Of a stretch of 64,000 nucleotides of DNA, positions 1 through 13,273 are shown one piece after another (within the stretch, counting starts at the first letter, position 1; each line of letters opens with the position of its first letter). Below the pieces are notes generated by a model. That model was not told where the DNA came from and made no database searches. It saw only the letters and a list, made by a program, of their open reading frames with translations. The DNA is from Eledone cirrhosa (lineage: Eukaryota), in assembly GCA_964016885.1 (NCBI GenBank), contig OZ024742.1, forward strand, positions 205,282,001 to 205,346,000, given 5' to 3'. The translations under genes and the position numbers were made by a program.

Positions 1-865
1 AGAACGCTTGATTGTTCCTCCGAAGCTGCCAGGCTTTATCGGCGAGGGTTGTTACGGAGCGCATTTTCTCGTGCCTGATCGAAGATCGATGTTGGTATAG
101 GCGAGCCTTGAAAGAAGTTGCGGTACATCCGACGTAATACCATTTGTTGGTTCCGGAATTTATTGTACATCGGTAGACAATATTGTGTGCTAGGCACTGG
201 TTATTCAGTGGGCATGTACCTGGTTTGGTGCAGTTACAATTATTTTTATGTTTTGCAGTAGAATCCTGGATAGTTTGGTGGGGTTGTGGTTGCGTGTTAG
301 TGCGTTGTATGTTGCTATGCTGGTGCGCTGAGTCATTAGGGATGTACTTATTCAGTATTGCTGAGTTGAGTTTTTTAATTAGTTGTTCTACGTTAGGTGC
401 AGTGGAGTATGAGAGTCTAATGGTGCGCGAGTTAAAGATTTTATAGTATTTATGTGAAGTTGTAAAGTGTTTATTGATTAGTGTATAGAATTGTGAGATA
501 ATCTTAGTGCTAATAGAAGAATTGTACACAGGGTTATACCATATGTACTCTCTACGTCTGACCCTATTTGCTGGTTTGCACCTATTAGTATGCCTATTGA
601 TGTGTGTGTGTGGTGCAATACTAGTTCGACTTAGGTGTGTTTTATTCATAGTACTTATGTGGTTATCGTCTAGATATTCTATGTTCTCGCAGTAACCAGC
701 TTTTCTAAGTGCGTCATTATAATATTCAGCATGCTCGTTGAAGGTTTGCAAATTAGACGACAGTCGGGAGATCCTTATGGATATATTTTTAGGGATAGAT
801 TTAATAATGGAATGAGGGTGGTTCGATTTTACATTAACGTACTTACTTAATAATTTCTGTATACC
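1..865 (-). mobile_element. Penelope-like element fragment (RT C-terminus, linker, GIY-YIG endonuclease), running off the left edge
   Basis: Manual minus-strand translation from about 843: YVNVKSNHPHSIIKSIPKNISIRISRLSS...EYIWYNPVYNSS...KIFNSRTIRLSYSTAPNV...CNCTKPGTCPLNNQCLAHNIVYRCTI...YYVGCTATSFKARLYQHRSS. These match the PLE linker, CxC..CP..C and VY..YVG (GIY-YIG) motifs. Probably absent from the ORF track because the frame runs off the edge. Confidence 0.85.
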
Positions 866-1008
866 CGCATTTCCATTTCGTAAACTTCTTCTTCATATTT
901 TCTCCGGATTTTAAAACACACTTTATTATACGTTGAGCAATCTCTGACGTCGGTTGACCCCATCCAATGCAACTACTTAGTAACATTGGAATACAAATTT
1001 ACTAATTC

Positions 1009-1041
<33 letters not shown>

Positions 1042-1084
1042 TCTTACCAACGTATAGTCTTGGAATTGAATTGTTAAAAATAGC

Positions 1085-1340
1085 AACTGAGGAAGATAGC
1101 CAAATACTTTGACTTAACCAACTGCTTTCCTTTTGTGTTGGTCGCTGTCAAGACCTCTGGTGTCCTTGGTCTCCAAACTGCCATTTTCTTCTGCAAAATT
1201 GTGAGGTGTACATCCTGCTCGAGGAAGGAACCTCATGAAGTAGAGTGGCTGGTGGTCACTGCTGAGGTAAACTGGGGTGTTGTGTCTGTACCCTTTCTCC
1301 ATATTTTCACTATTTAATGTTTTTTTTCTTTATATTTTTT
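1085..1340 (+). mobile_element. CRE-like non-LTR retrotransposon 3' relic (end of RLE domain)
   Basis: ORF 1135-1317 VAVKTSGVLGLQTAIFFCKI...KEPHEVEWL; clear DNA similarity to 18750-18935 and to the reverse complement of 36540-36690. Confidence 0.6.
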
Positions 1341-4300
1341 CATTGCAAACGTTTGATGTTGATGGTGAATTGGCATAGTCATTAGAATGACATAGAATGC
1401 TTTGCAGTATTCATTCTGGCTCTCTATATTCTGAGTTCAAATACTCCTTGGAGTCAGTTTTACCTGTTATCCTTTTGAGGTTGATAAAACAAGTACTAGT
1501 TTAGAACTGGATCGATTCTCTCTCACTCTTTCCTCTGTTAACTGTGGAGTGAGGATTGGCTTCACCAGGTTTAGACTCACTATAGCACCACCCCCTACGA
1601 CTCCATCAGGAGTCAAATAAAATTGATATTTATTTATAGATTGGGAAGTAAAGTAAAAGTTTTAAAAATATTCTTTCCTATTCGTCATTATTTATATCAT
1701 CACTATTGAACATCTAATTTCCATGCTTGCATGGGTTAGATGGGTTGTCATGTTATGAGAGAAGTTACGGCAGGTGACCATGTCTTGTTCATACAATAAA
1801 ACAAACTTAATATATTTTAGTGGTGTTGGTGGTGGTAATTTTGACAGTTTGGAAAAGGATGTAGTTGAGACTAGATTAACTATGTCACCCCCCTTTCCTT
1901 TTTAAGAGGGTAGGGTGTAATTTGGCTGCTATTTTTAGAAATATCAACCTTGTAGTGGCTCTCTGGTTTGTTTCAAGCCATCAAGATGTGATGTTAACTA
2001 ATTCCAGATAATTGAGAAACAAATATTTTAAAGAATTTAATATTCGGTTCATCTTTTACAATCATTGACCTGTACACCATGATTTTGTCATTCTCATATA
2101 GAAATGAAATTTACAGCTCACATATGTAGTTTTAAAACAAGTTGGCCTTGTACAAGGTTGAATCTCATTGGAGGTGTATTGGGTGTTTTGATAAGGGCCC
2201 CAGGCTTATCATGTTACAGTTCTCATCTATGCAGGTTCAGCTGGCCTCCAAGGCTGTATCTCATAGATTTCTCTGGCAGTTTAATCATACAGCCCAAGTT
2301 TTATGTTGTTACAGTTTGCAACTATGTAGGTTTAGATGGCCTCCTACAAGGTTGTATGTCACAGGAGGTTTCTCAGGTGTTTTAATGATAGGAGTCCCTG
2401 TTTTATCATCTAAAGCAACATGAAATGAAGCATCTTTCTCAAAAGGACAGTGCATTACTTGGTCCAAGAATTGAACCTACAATCTTATGATTGTGAGTCC
2501 AACACCTTCACCTTACCACTAGGCCACATATAGATATGAGGAGATAAGTTATATACATCTGTATTTAATTTTCACTCATTAGCAGGTTAGTTGTATACTA
2601 GACAATAGATTATTTGATCTAAGGATAATAACTAACATTAATTAATTGTAATTAGTAAAATAGTGTTATTATTCCTCAACTCTACCATTGCTTGCTATAA
2701 CCCTTCATTTATTACTATCTACCCACTATTAATAGTAGTTACAGGAAGATGGTCTGAGTGTATAGAGTAGGCAACTCCATGTTTTGGTTTCCAGTAGCAG
2801 TTGATTTATTTGGAGGTCATCACCATCATTTCAGGTCTCTCTTCCTTGCTAGCAAGAGTTGGACGGGTCTTCACAGACTGAGTCAGTTATTCAACCAGTG
2901 CCGCGGACCTCTTAGCTTGCTTATATATGTTCGCGCACTCTACAAAGTACATTTTATCCTGACACCAGCTTTCACACAGCGGATGAATCTCTCTGACCTT
3001 CTTTTTGGCAAGTTTTCAATGGTTTCATGCCTTTCCTATCACCAATAAGTTTACAGAGTATACTGGGTATGTTTATCATAGATCACCAACACGAGAGATT
3101 GTCATGTCTTTGACACATCTGAGGAGGAGTCCTGACCGTTTGCTTGAAAAGTATTATAGCTGGATGCCCTTCATATCACCAACTACTTTGAGAGAACACA
3201 ACCTCTGTCTCTCTCTCTAATATAAGTATGGACCTGTAACTCCTCATGGAGTCATAGGGGCAGCCTAATGAAACACAGTGTATCTTGGGCATTTTAAGCC
3301 TGGTGGAGCTCCCACTTCTCTCCATCTCTGAACACAACCGATTTCTTCTACAAAAGGAGAGAGAGAGTGATAAAGAGGAACTGAGAAAGAGATATAGAGG
3401 AAGAATCTACCTCAGTACTGGACTGGTCCTTTTTTTATTGATCACAAAAGGATGAAAAGCAAATTGACCATGGCAGGTTTTGAACTCAGAGCACTGAGGG
3501 CCAGAAAGAACACTGCTATGCATTGTATTCAGCATTTTAATAACTCTGCCTCTCTCTCTCTCTCTCAAATGCACGCTATTATTTTATAAGCATTTGCTTT
3601 CAAATTCTCATGTTAAAACTCTTATAAAGCATTAAACAAGTGCATTATAATAAATCTGATAGTTTAATGTAAAGTTTTTTAATCATTTTATATCAATTTT
3701 TGTGTGTATCTAGTTTTGAATAGAATCTGGTAAGAGAATGTTGTAAAAAGCAACTAAAAGGGTTGAAGTCAAGACGGGCATCTGGCTGTAAAACATTGTC
3801 TTAAAAGGTCCTGTCCAATCCATGTCAGTATGTAAATGTTATCATAAAAACAATGATGATGATATCCAGCTTACATGGATTCAACAGGTCGTCCCCAGCA
3901 CAGTATTTCACTCACCAGTTGTACTATAATCCTTTGTCACATCCTGCAGCATTTTGTGATCAGCTTTCACCACTTTTTTCCATGTCTTCCTTTGTCTTCT
4001 GAAGGATTCTTTCACTTGGATCACTTGGCATTTCTTTACCCAACTGTTTCCATTCCTACACATCGCACGTCAATACCAATGCAGTCTTCTCTCTTGTACA
4101 CCAGAGCTCATTTCTCTAACATTTAGTTTTTCCTTCTACTCAACTATTCTCAGATCTAGTAGAGCATGTTCAACTCATTATTTTCCAGTCTTCATAAATC
4201 CTCCACCTTCAGTGCCCAATTTCTTTCTACCGTGCAACATCACATTTCATATATAGGATCATACAATTTGCCTCTTACTTAAAGAAACACCTTTTGTTGC

Positions 4301-5889
4301 CAACAGAAATAACTTTGTAAATTTTTTCCATCCCCTATCATGATAAATTGCACTTGGTAGTGTGTGGGATTGTATGTCCAGGATGCCAACTCCTAGCACT
4401 CAATAGAGTGCAGGAACATATGTAAGCAAGATGTAGGCTCATGTGTGGGTTGGTACTTCTACTTGAGTACCAGCCTGGTCTATCGATGACCTGTCCAACC
4501 CTTGGTAGCAGGAAAGTGGATGTTAAACAATGATGGTGATAACCTTACTCTGGCTGTTATACTTTCACAATACAGTCATCACAACCTTTATCATCATCAT
4601 CGTTTAACGTCTATTTTCTGTGTTAGCATTGGTTAGATGGATTGTCTTGTTTGAGGCAAGTCGGGACAGGCAACTGTGTCTTGCTTTTACAGAACTGTTT
4701 CTGGCTTGGTTTCTAGGGCTGGATGCCCTTCTTAATGCCAACCACATTTAATGTGTGTGCTAGGTGCTTTTTATCAAGACACCTACATGACCACTTTGCA
4801 GTGTGTGCTGGGTGCTTTTTGTTGTGATACCTACACAACTACTTTACAGTGTGGGCTGGGTACTTTTTATTGTGATACCTACACAACCACTTTACAGTGT
4901 GGGATGGGTGCATTTTGTCGTGATATCAACACAACAACTTACATCAAACTAATTAGTTAAATCTGAATTGTTAATTATTGAATATACTCTAAACATGCTA
5001 TACATTAATTTAAGATTAAAAGTGTAGTACAATTGACAGAACATATGAGAGTCATAACAAGAATATTTGCACAGGGACTTGAACTTGTTGTTTGGATGAT
5101 ATCACATAGAATTTGCAACATTTGTTTTAGGCACAAAATAATGACAATCTTTACAATAAAACATGTGTGTCAAGTGACAACCACTTTATGGATAGAGCAA
5201 AATTATCGAATTTAGTGCATATGTTTTTGATAATGGTTAAAGAAAATCTGGAATAATATTAATGTAATTGATTTAAATGAAATATTGTGATAGCTAGAGT
5301 GACAAGTGGGAGAAGGTCAAAGAAAATCGAGGATTCAAGCATCTTTACATAGAATGTTGTGATCAAGGAATTATTAAATACTTTTTACTATAACCCTGTC
5401 ATTTTTGACGGGTACTATGCTAGTAATAATAATAATGTCATTGATTTTCAGCAGGAGATTTCTTTGAACATTGTACAACCAACAGCTTTACCATGTTTAT
5501 GATGTAAGAGGATTATTTCTCATAGTAACACTTAAATATTCTGAAAACCCTGTAGTCTACACACACACATGCCCACCATGGTTATCATTCCGGAAACTTT
5601 GTAGTACACACACACACCATGGTTGTCACTCTGCACATGGCAAAGGTTGCTCAAAAATTTATGAAGTTAATAACTTGAAGCTTATTTAGTACCACCCCTC
5701 TAAACCTGTCCCCTAAATTACCCCTATAACTTTATTTCCTTGTTAGCACTAAAGCAATGGATTATTTTTTCCACTTCAACTAAATGTTGTTCATTATAGG
5801 CTAGTTTATATTGAAGCATTTCCCTAAATATTTTTGTAAATATTTTGTCAATATATTTCACAAACATGTATTATCTTCAAATGCACTGC

Positions 5890-6730
5890 ACTCTTCTTCT
5901 GGGAGGGTTGTGGGGGCAGAGTCTTGAAACATGTCTTCCAGCAAATACTTTCAGAAGCAACTGTCTCAAATTGATCCAGCTGGATTCCCAAGCGAGATCA
6001 GCTGAGCTCATTGATGTTATCCAACCATCTTGCTCGAGGTCTACTCCTAGGTCTCCAGCCAGTTGGTTTTGCTCGTAAAATCTGTCCAGCAATTCTTTTG
6101 TGTGACATTCTAACTATATGCCTGTAGTATCAGAGCTGTTATCTCTCTGATCTCTGAGTTATGCACTCTGAATAACGTTACTCCACAGACCTTCAGAGGA
6201 ACCCCATTTTGGCTGCTTATATTTGCGATCATATTTTTTTGGTTATTACCCAAGATTCATGACCATAGGTAAGGGTTGGAACTAATACCGAATTGAAGAT
6301 AGCTATTTTTTTTATTTTTACACCTACCTCCCTTCTGATAACCAAATACTGAATCTGGTGCATTACTGCACGACCTCCTGCAATTTTTGCACTTAATACA
6401 GCCTCCTGCTTTCCATCACTTGTGAACTTGGCCTTGAGATACTTGAACTTCTCCACCCGCTTCAGTGAAACTCCATTTACATGTAGAGTACACTGCACAG
6501 GCTTCCTTGAGAGGAGGAGTGTCTCAGTATTTGTGGCACTGATTTTCATTCTTGCTATACACTTGGTATCAAACCTATCAAGTGCATGTTGATGATCACC
6601 TTCTGATGGGTTAAGTAATACTATGTCGTCTGCAAAGTTGACTGATCCTATGCCTGCCAGTCTTGATACAACTTCCAACCTGGCTGCACATTTCAATCCT
6701 GTTCATGAAGATTATGAACGGGAGAGGTGA
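5890..6730 (-). mobile_element. 5'-truncated, decayed RTE-clade LINE (RT C-terminal part)
   Basis: ORF 6229-6696: FADDIVLL...MKISATNTE...VEKFKYL...LVPTLTYGHESW. Shorter related relics at about 8240-8640 (-) and 34575-34770 (-). Confidence 0.8.
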
Positions 6731-6731
6731 C

Positions 6732-6771
<40 letters not shown>

Positions 6772-9030
6772 GTTGATAAAAAAATGTGTCTGGCCATTGC
6801 TTGTTAATGAATTACAAAGCAAAGATGATTTATAGCTTTTAGCATTCTATTACATAACTGTCTCTTCACAGTTAAATGCAATACAAAATCAAGACAACAT
6901 TGTATACCAACATGTATCTACACTATATATAATAAAGATGCCTATACTCTACCTGCATATTCAGTGCATTTTTTAACTGTGGTTACACCTCAACAGCATT
7001 TGGGAACCTACATATGTATACAGTATATGTGTGTGTTTGTAGACTTAATCAGTTAAATGGTTTTATACCACTCTTGGCTCTTGAGAGCCTTTAACAGAGC
7101 CCATTCTAGTCACCAGACTGACGAAAGCCCGTAAATCATGGTTCCTCCTTTGCAAAATGTCATGGGTTCTTTTTCCATCTAAAACACCAAAGTGCTCAAT
7201 ACATAGTGTAGTAAGTTTTGGACTTATTGTTACATGTGTACCTTGGTTTTATGCTCAACCTCTGAAAGTTTACTGCATGGTGTTTAAATTCCTGGATATG
7301 CAGCATAAAACTGTGGTATAGAAGTAACAGGCCCTATAATCACTAGAAGAGCATGGGGTTTGCTGTGCGCTCCATATGGTGCAGGGAAGGCAACTTATAT
7401 AGAAGAGAAGTTACTGAATAAGACTGCTTTGGGGTTAGATGTGGGCTCTGTAAGCCATAACGAAGGCAGCCCAACTAGGAGTGCAGATACTTTGAATATA
7501 ATCTGACACCGGGTAGAGAAGACTCTTAAATCCTGACAGACTAGTGCTGGGGGAATAAAAAATGCACCTTATCTATGCTGTAAAGTGGTTATGATAGGAA
7601 GCGCATCCAGCCACAACATTTTTGCTGAAAATGTCATGAGTAGCACAACATAAAAAAAAAAAACAGACATAAAACGGTAATGATTTTGGCATGGGTTGGA
7701 CTTGTCATACTGGTCTGAAACTCAACAGGTTAGAGAACCATGTGTTACTCAAACCTTCCATTTTTTACAGGTTTTTATAGCTGAGTAGTCTTCCTAACAC
7801 CAACAGCTACTCCATCGCTCTCTCCATCTATCTATATATAAATATATATATAAATGGACCTGATGATTTAGATATTTTCATACTCAAACTGTTGGTAGTT
7901 CAGAGTTAAGTTAAAACTTAATATAAATACTTAAATTCCACATGATGCGTTGACTGCTCTTTCTTGCTTTTACACAGACACACATTTACACTAGGTGGGC
8001 CAAAAGTTATGTTACTTGTTGAAAAATGTGTTATTATACATTATTATTTAATGAAATGGTACTGCGATGTTTGGTCTGCTCTGAGTATGTGTATATATGT
8101 GTGTGTGTGTAATATGCCTGCTTATAACTCCTAGAAAGACATTTATATACATAAAACATCTGCATGAATATATAAATCATTAACTTACCTTTTTATTTCA
8201 TGACATCTATTTTGTTTTGATTCTTTTCTTCACCTACTTATTCTTGGGAAGGTTGTCAGGGTAATCCTCAGGCACGTTTTCCTGAGGGCATTATCAGAAT
8301 CAACCATCTCCAAATGATCTGGTTGGATCCCAGGTGAGACTAGCAGAGCTCATGGATGTTATCCAACCATCTTGCTTATAGTCTACCTTTGGTTCTCCTG
8401 CTGTTTGATTTTGGTAATAAAATCTGTTCAGTGATTCTTTCCTTAGGCATTCTAACGATATATCCTTAGTACTGGAGCTGTGATCCCTCAATTTGGAGAA
8501 GTAGTGGCGTTATCTGGAGTTAAGCAGTCTATCAAGTAACATTACTCCAAAGACACTTTGGAGGAACCCCATTTCGGCCACTTGTGTTTGCGATCATATT
8601 CTTTGAGTCATTACCTAAGATTCATGACCATAGGTAAGACTCTCTGTTCCACAATATTGACTGGACACTGAGTTATTGGTTTTATAAAGACTGAAGGCCT
8701 CTTCAGTTGTGTCAAGGGCATGACAACCTAGTGTTTTACATGATAAACACATCCAGTACATTCTGTAAAGTGATTGGTGATGGGAATGGCACCCAGTCAT
8801 TAAAAGTTTGCCAAACAAAGGATCGGAAGAACTCTTCAGCTGTGTCAAAGATATGACAACTTCCCTCGTGTTGGTGTCCCAATAAAATGTACTTGGTAGA
8901 GTGTGGGAACATATGTAAACAGGATATAGTCCCCTAGCCTATCTGAGAAAGCGCAGTAGCTCCACTTGAGTATTGACTCAGTCTTGCAAAACTCCTCCAG
9001 TCTTTGCTAGTGGATGTCAAATGGTGATAA

Positions 9031-9236
9031 TTAACCCTTCAGCATTTACATTACTCTATATGTTATTGTATTTTTGTAGCAAAGGCTTTATCTTACATAA
9101 TTATCTCACATAATATTGAATCTACGAGACTTTGATGTTATTTATTTTGAGACCAACACTTTAATGTCAGTATGAACAGCGAAAGAGGAGAGAGAATTCT
9201 GGCCGGATATGGCCAGTTTAAATGCTCAAGGGTTGA
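9031..9236. mobile_element. piggyBac-like MITE
   Basis: TTAA-CCCTTCAGCATTTA ... TAAATGCTCAAGGG-TTGA terminal inverted repeats; related copy at 19148-19540 and a related end at about 15765-15833. Confidence 0.55.
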
Positions 9237-10264
9237 ACATGTAACACTATCTTTTGACAGATTCATATTCATATCAACCTTTATCTTGACAATACAGTTA
9301 ATTATTAATATAGTTCATTGAAGTCTTTTTCAACTATTTGAATTTGTGTTAACACTTTCATGACTTTATTTCTAATATAATAAAGTCTATTTCAATTAAA
9401 TAAGAATTTTGAGGGATTTATTAAATTTATTATTTTATTACTAAGATAGGAACTTAATATATGGTTTGTCATTATCATCATCATATGTCTGTTTTTCCAT
9501 ACTTGCATGGGTTGGACGTTTTTATTCCAGCACTGTCTCCCTCCCCACATTTTGTTCCTTTGTCATTGTCTGTGAGATTCAGTTTTTTGCCCAAGTTTTC
9601 TTTAACCTTCTACTGCAGCTTCCTTCCACTAGGACCTCCTGTTATTTCTACATGCAACAATCATCTTCCATGTGCATCACACGGCCATACCAGCACAGTC
9701 TTCTCTTTTGCACATTACATTTGATTCCTCATATACCCTGTTTTTCTCTCATCTCATTGGTCAAAGCTGGCTCTCTTCATTTCTCTCCAGCTTTCACATA
9801 TCTTCTGCATTTATTGCCCATGTTTCACTTCTATGCAACATCATATGCAGGCATCATACAGCTGGTGTTTCATATTTAGAGAGAAACCTTTTGTTTTCAT
9901 CAGAGGTAGTATTTCCCTGAAATATTTTAGCTATTATGCTTTCAGAGCTATCACCCTCACCCCACTGCTAATTAGACCACCAAGGTTGCAAAACCTATTA
10001 CCACTTCTATGGAGTCTTCTGGGGATTTGAAAAATCTTATTTCACTGAGGCTAAAAGTTGTTGGAAGATTTTAATTTATAATAGTGGTGGTTTAGCTGGG
10101 TTGGTATGGAAATGGTGAAGCTTTTTGTTGCTTCCAACTTTTACTGCTTTTTCCTTCATTATAGTTCTGTTCATTACTTGGTAGTTTTTTTTCTACAACC
10201 TCATATCAATCATATAGTTGTATGAAAACAGCTGAAAAAAAGCTAGTCTTTCTAGAGCCTGGAG

Positions 10265-10697
10265 CAGTGGTCCCCAAACTTCTTTTACACACTTTAGAAG
10301 AAGAATATTTTGGTGCACTTTGTACCTAAATTTTAAAATTTATTCAAAAGAAGTATTTATACATATTAGCATAATATAAATTAGAAATATAGATAATTTG
10401 AAATACAGAAAAAAGTATTAGTACTTCCTTCTTTAGTCAATAGATAGAACAGTTATCAATGAGAAACATACACTTTGTGTTTTTGGTAATGTTTTTATTG
10501 TTAGTTTATTTCCTACTTTGACAGTTATACACACATTTTAATTGCTACTTTTTTTTACATTTTGAGATAGAATCTTGCTCTTTCACAGCACACCTAATTA
10601 TGTCTCATGGAATACCTAATTACATCTCAAGGCACAACTAATTACATCTCATGACACAGCTAATTACATTCTGCAGCACACAATTTGGGAATCACTG
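10265..10697. mobile_element. hAT-like MITE with an internal ~20-bp tandem repeat
   Basis: TIRs CAGTGGTCCCCAAACT / AATTTGGGAATCACTG; about 4 copies of CACCTAATTACATCTCATGG-like unit at 10590-10680; 8-bp flanks only partly match (GCCTGGAG / GCTTAGGG). Confidence 0.55.
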
Positions 10698-11762
10698 GCT
10701 TAGGGCCTCATCAACCTGTAGATTATTTCAGTTTCATGTAACATTAAGACTCCTACCTGGACAGAATGCCAGTCCATTGCAAGGTTAACTCCAGTTGCTG
10801 CTGGTACTCATTTACAGCTGAATAGATTGGAGCAATATGAAATGAAATGTCCTGCTCAAGGACACAATGTATAGCTCAGTTCAATGATTGAACCTACAAT
10901 ACTAGGTATCATGAATGTTTGAAAATATTTAAATCTAACCTCTACTGTACTTTTCTTGGAGAAAATAAAAAAATTTGATACCACATTTGTGAAATTTGGA
11001 TCAATAGTTTAGGAAATATGACACTTTGAATCTTGCAAGAAGTGGATTTTTGTGTGGTTAAAAACTTGAACTCTTGGAGTTCTACTGATACTTATTAAGA
11101 TGCAGCTACCTTCTTAGCTTATTCACATGCTTAGACTGTTTCTTGGATTTTCGTCCAATTTCATTATCAATTTGATAAGATCATTATCACAACCATAGCC
11201 TTGATATTAATCATCTTAACCTTTAACCTTTCTGTGAGCCAATAAAAGAGCCTCGATGAAGTCACTTGACCTGCAACAAATATCAATCAAGTGCCAGCAG
11301 GACTCTTCAGCTGTGTCAAAGACATGACAACCTCCTTAGTGCTGATGCCATGCTTGAATGGACTTGGTAGGACGTGGGAACATTTATAAATGAGATGTGG
11401 GTTCCCAGTCTGTCCGAGCACTGTAGAATGTGGGAATGTAAGTGACATGTAGGCCTCCAGCCCATCTGAGAGGTCAATAGCGCTGCTTGAGTACTGACTT
11501 GGTTTCTGATGATCTGTCCATTTACTGTCTTAAAAAAATTAAAACACATTAGATAATGTGAATCTTGATATATAAATATGCTGGATGGTCAGAGCTGGAA
11601 TGCTTTTGGCCATAGATTTGCCCTATTGGGGTTGACCTTGACTAAACAATAACCCTTCACCTTTCAAAATTCATCAGTTCAAAAATTTCATCCATTATTA
11701 ACTCTGTCATTAATATTTCTAATGAAAGACACTCTTTCATTTTTGTATACAGTCACTGTGCT

Positions 11763-11811
11763 AACACCAAATACTAGTATTTCATGATGTTTATCTATCT
11801 TCAGTGATGTT
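11763..11811 (-). ncRNA. hammerhead ribozyme-like motif (PLE-type), minus-strand copy
   Basis: Minus strand reads AACAUCA-CUGAAGA-UAGAUAAACAUCAU-GAAA-UACUAGUA-UU-UGGUGUU: core boxes, 7-bp stem I, palindromic stem III; stem II imperfect. Confidence 0.55.
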
Positions 11812-11960
11812 TATTCACTAAGGCAAAATGAGCTGAGAGCTTATATATAGATTTTTACAAATGATACATTTATGGGGTGCTCATTTGCATATAGTGTGGG
11901 CTTGACAAGCTAGTATAAATCAGAAGTAGCATGATTCTGTACACCGGCATGTATAAAAGT

Positions 11961-12008
11961 TTATACACTGAAGATGGATAAACATTCTGAAATACTAGTA
12001 TTTGGCAT
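11961..12008 (+). ncRNA. hammerhead ribozyme-like motif, plus-strand copy (inverted relative to 11763-11811)
   Basis: CA-CTGAAGA-TGGATAAACATTCT-GAAA-TACTAGTA-TT-TG; about 35/38 identical to the reverse complement of 11769-11806; stem I weak. Confidence 0.5.
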
Positions 12009-12658
12009 TCTCACATAGTTACTGGTTATTTTAAAATATTTAAATCACCATATCAACTAACTTCTTACAAACATAATATCTTATATATTTCAATACTGGA
12101 CATAGATAACATTATCAAATGTTCCTTTAAAAATAGAGCAAAGTGATTTGAAGAAACATTATCTCAAAACCAGTGTGTTCAGGTAGAGAAAATACCTTGA
12201 TATCTAGCAGCATCCTTAGGGATGGACTGGTAGATTGGTTCTTGCTTGGCTCTTACTTTTTTCTGTCACATCCCAACAACTGCTTCTGGTGGCAGGCTAA
12301 ACTTACTGATGGACTGAATGCTTGGAGAAGAGATGGGTACTGCCAAGCATTTCTAAAGCCCACTGAAATGCCAGTATGGACACAGTCAAATGTCTAGAGT
12401 AGCACTCTAACTGGCTGTATCAGTTACAGGAACTTGATTGATTGTATACATCAAGCATTTAAAGGCCATTTTTCTCTGATAAAACTGGGGTTAGCCATGT
12501 AGGTTCCATGACAGACTTCATACTTACCTTTTTATGAAGTAATAATTTACAGCTGAATTCCTTTTAGTCATTTCTTACAACACAGGGATACTTAAAATTC
12601 ATGAAATTAATATTATCCACTGTTATATTACAGGTACCGCGTGACAAATAACATCAAG

Positions 12659-12695
12659 ATGACAGATTCTAAATATTTTACTACCACTAAAAAAG
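12659..12695 (+). CDS. AP1B1: beta-adaptin coding exon 1 (MTDSKYFTTTKK-G); exon starts at 12634 with 25 nt of 5'UTR
   Basis: Acceptor ttacag|12634; ATG at 12659; donor G|gtaatg; 37 coding nt. Confidence 0.95.
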
Positions 12696-13273
12696 GTAAT
12701 GTTTTATAGTTTTTGTCAAATATCAAATATTTTTTCATGAAAGTGTTTGTCTATTTTCCATGCTTGCATGGGTTAGAAGGGTGTCACATACTCAGGCTAG
12801 TCCGGAGAGGTGACCATGTCTTGCTCGTACATTACGTTTTCTGCATGGTTTCTACAGCTGAATGCCCTTCCTAACATTAACCACTTTAGAGTTTGTACTG
12901 GGTCTATTTTATTATGGCACCAGTACTACCACCTTACAGGTTGGACTAGTGCTTTTTATAGTGGTACCATTTTATAGCAAATTGTTAGTGATTAGAGTGC
13001 TGGATTAAATGCCTTGGTATTTCTTCTAGCTCACTTTGACCTGAGTTCAAATCCCACCGAGGTCAACTTTGTCTTTCATCCTTTCAAGGTCGATAATGTA
13101 CCAGTCCAAGGTCAGTGGAATTCTTTAAAAAGTTGGACAGGATGTTTTGCAGTATCTAATCTGGCTTTCTACATTCTGAGTTCAAATCCTGCCAGGAATT
13201 GCAGCCAACAAATAATATCAGCAATGAAAACATTCTCTTAACAATGGGCTTCTTTTCTTTTATATGTACATAT

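Noticed and set aside
866-1000. CpG-containing patch with TGACGT and CCAAT as the beta-adaptin promoter or first exon
   Set aside because: No convincing donor site; it abuts the Penelope fragment and may belong to it. The first exon cannot be placed from sequence alone.
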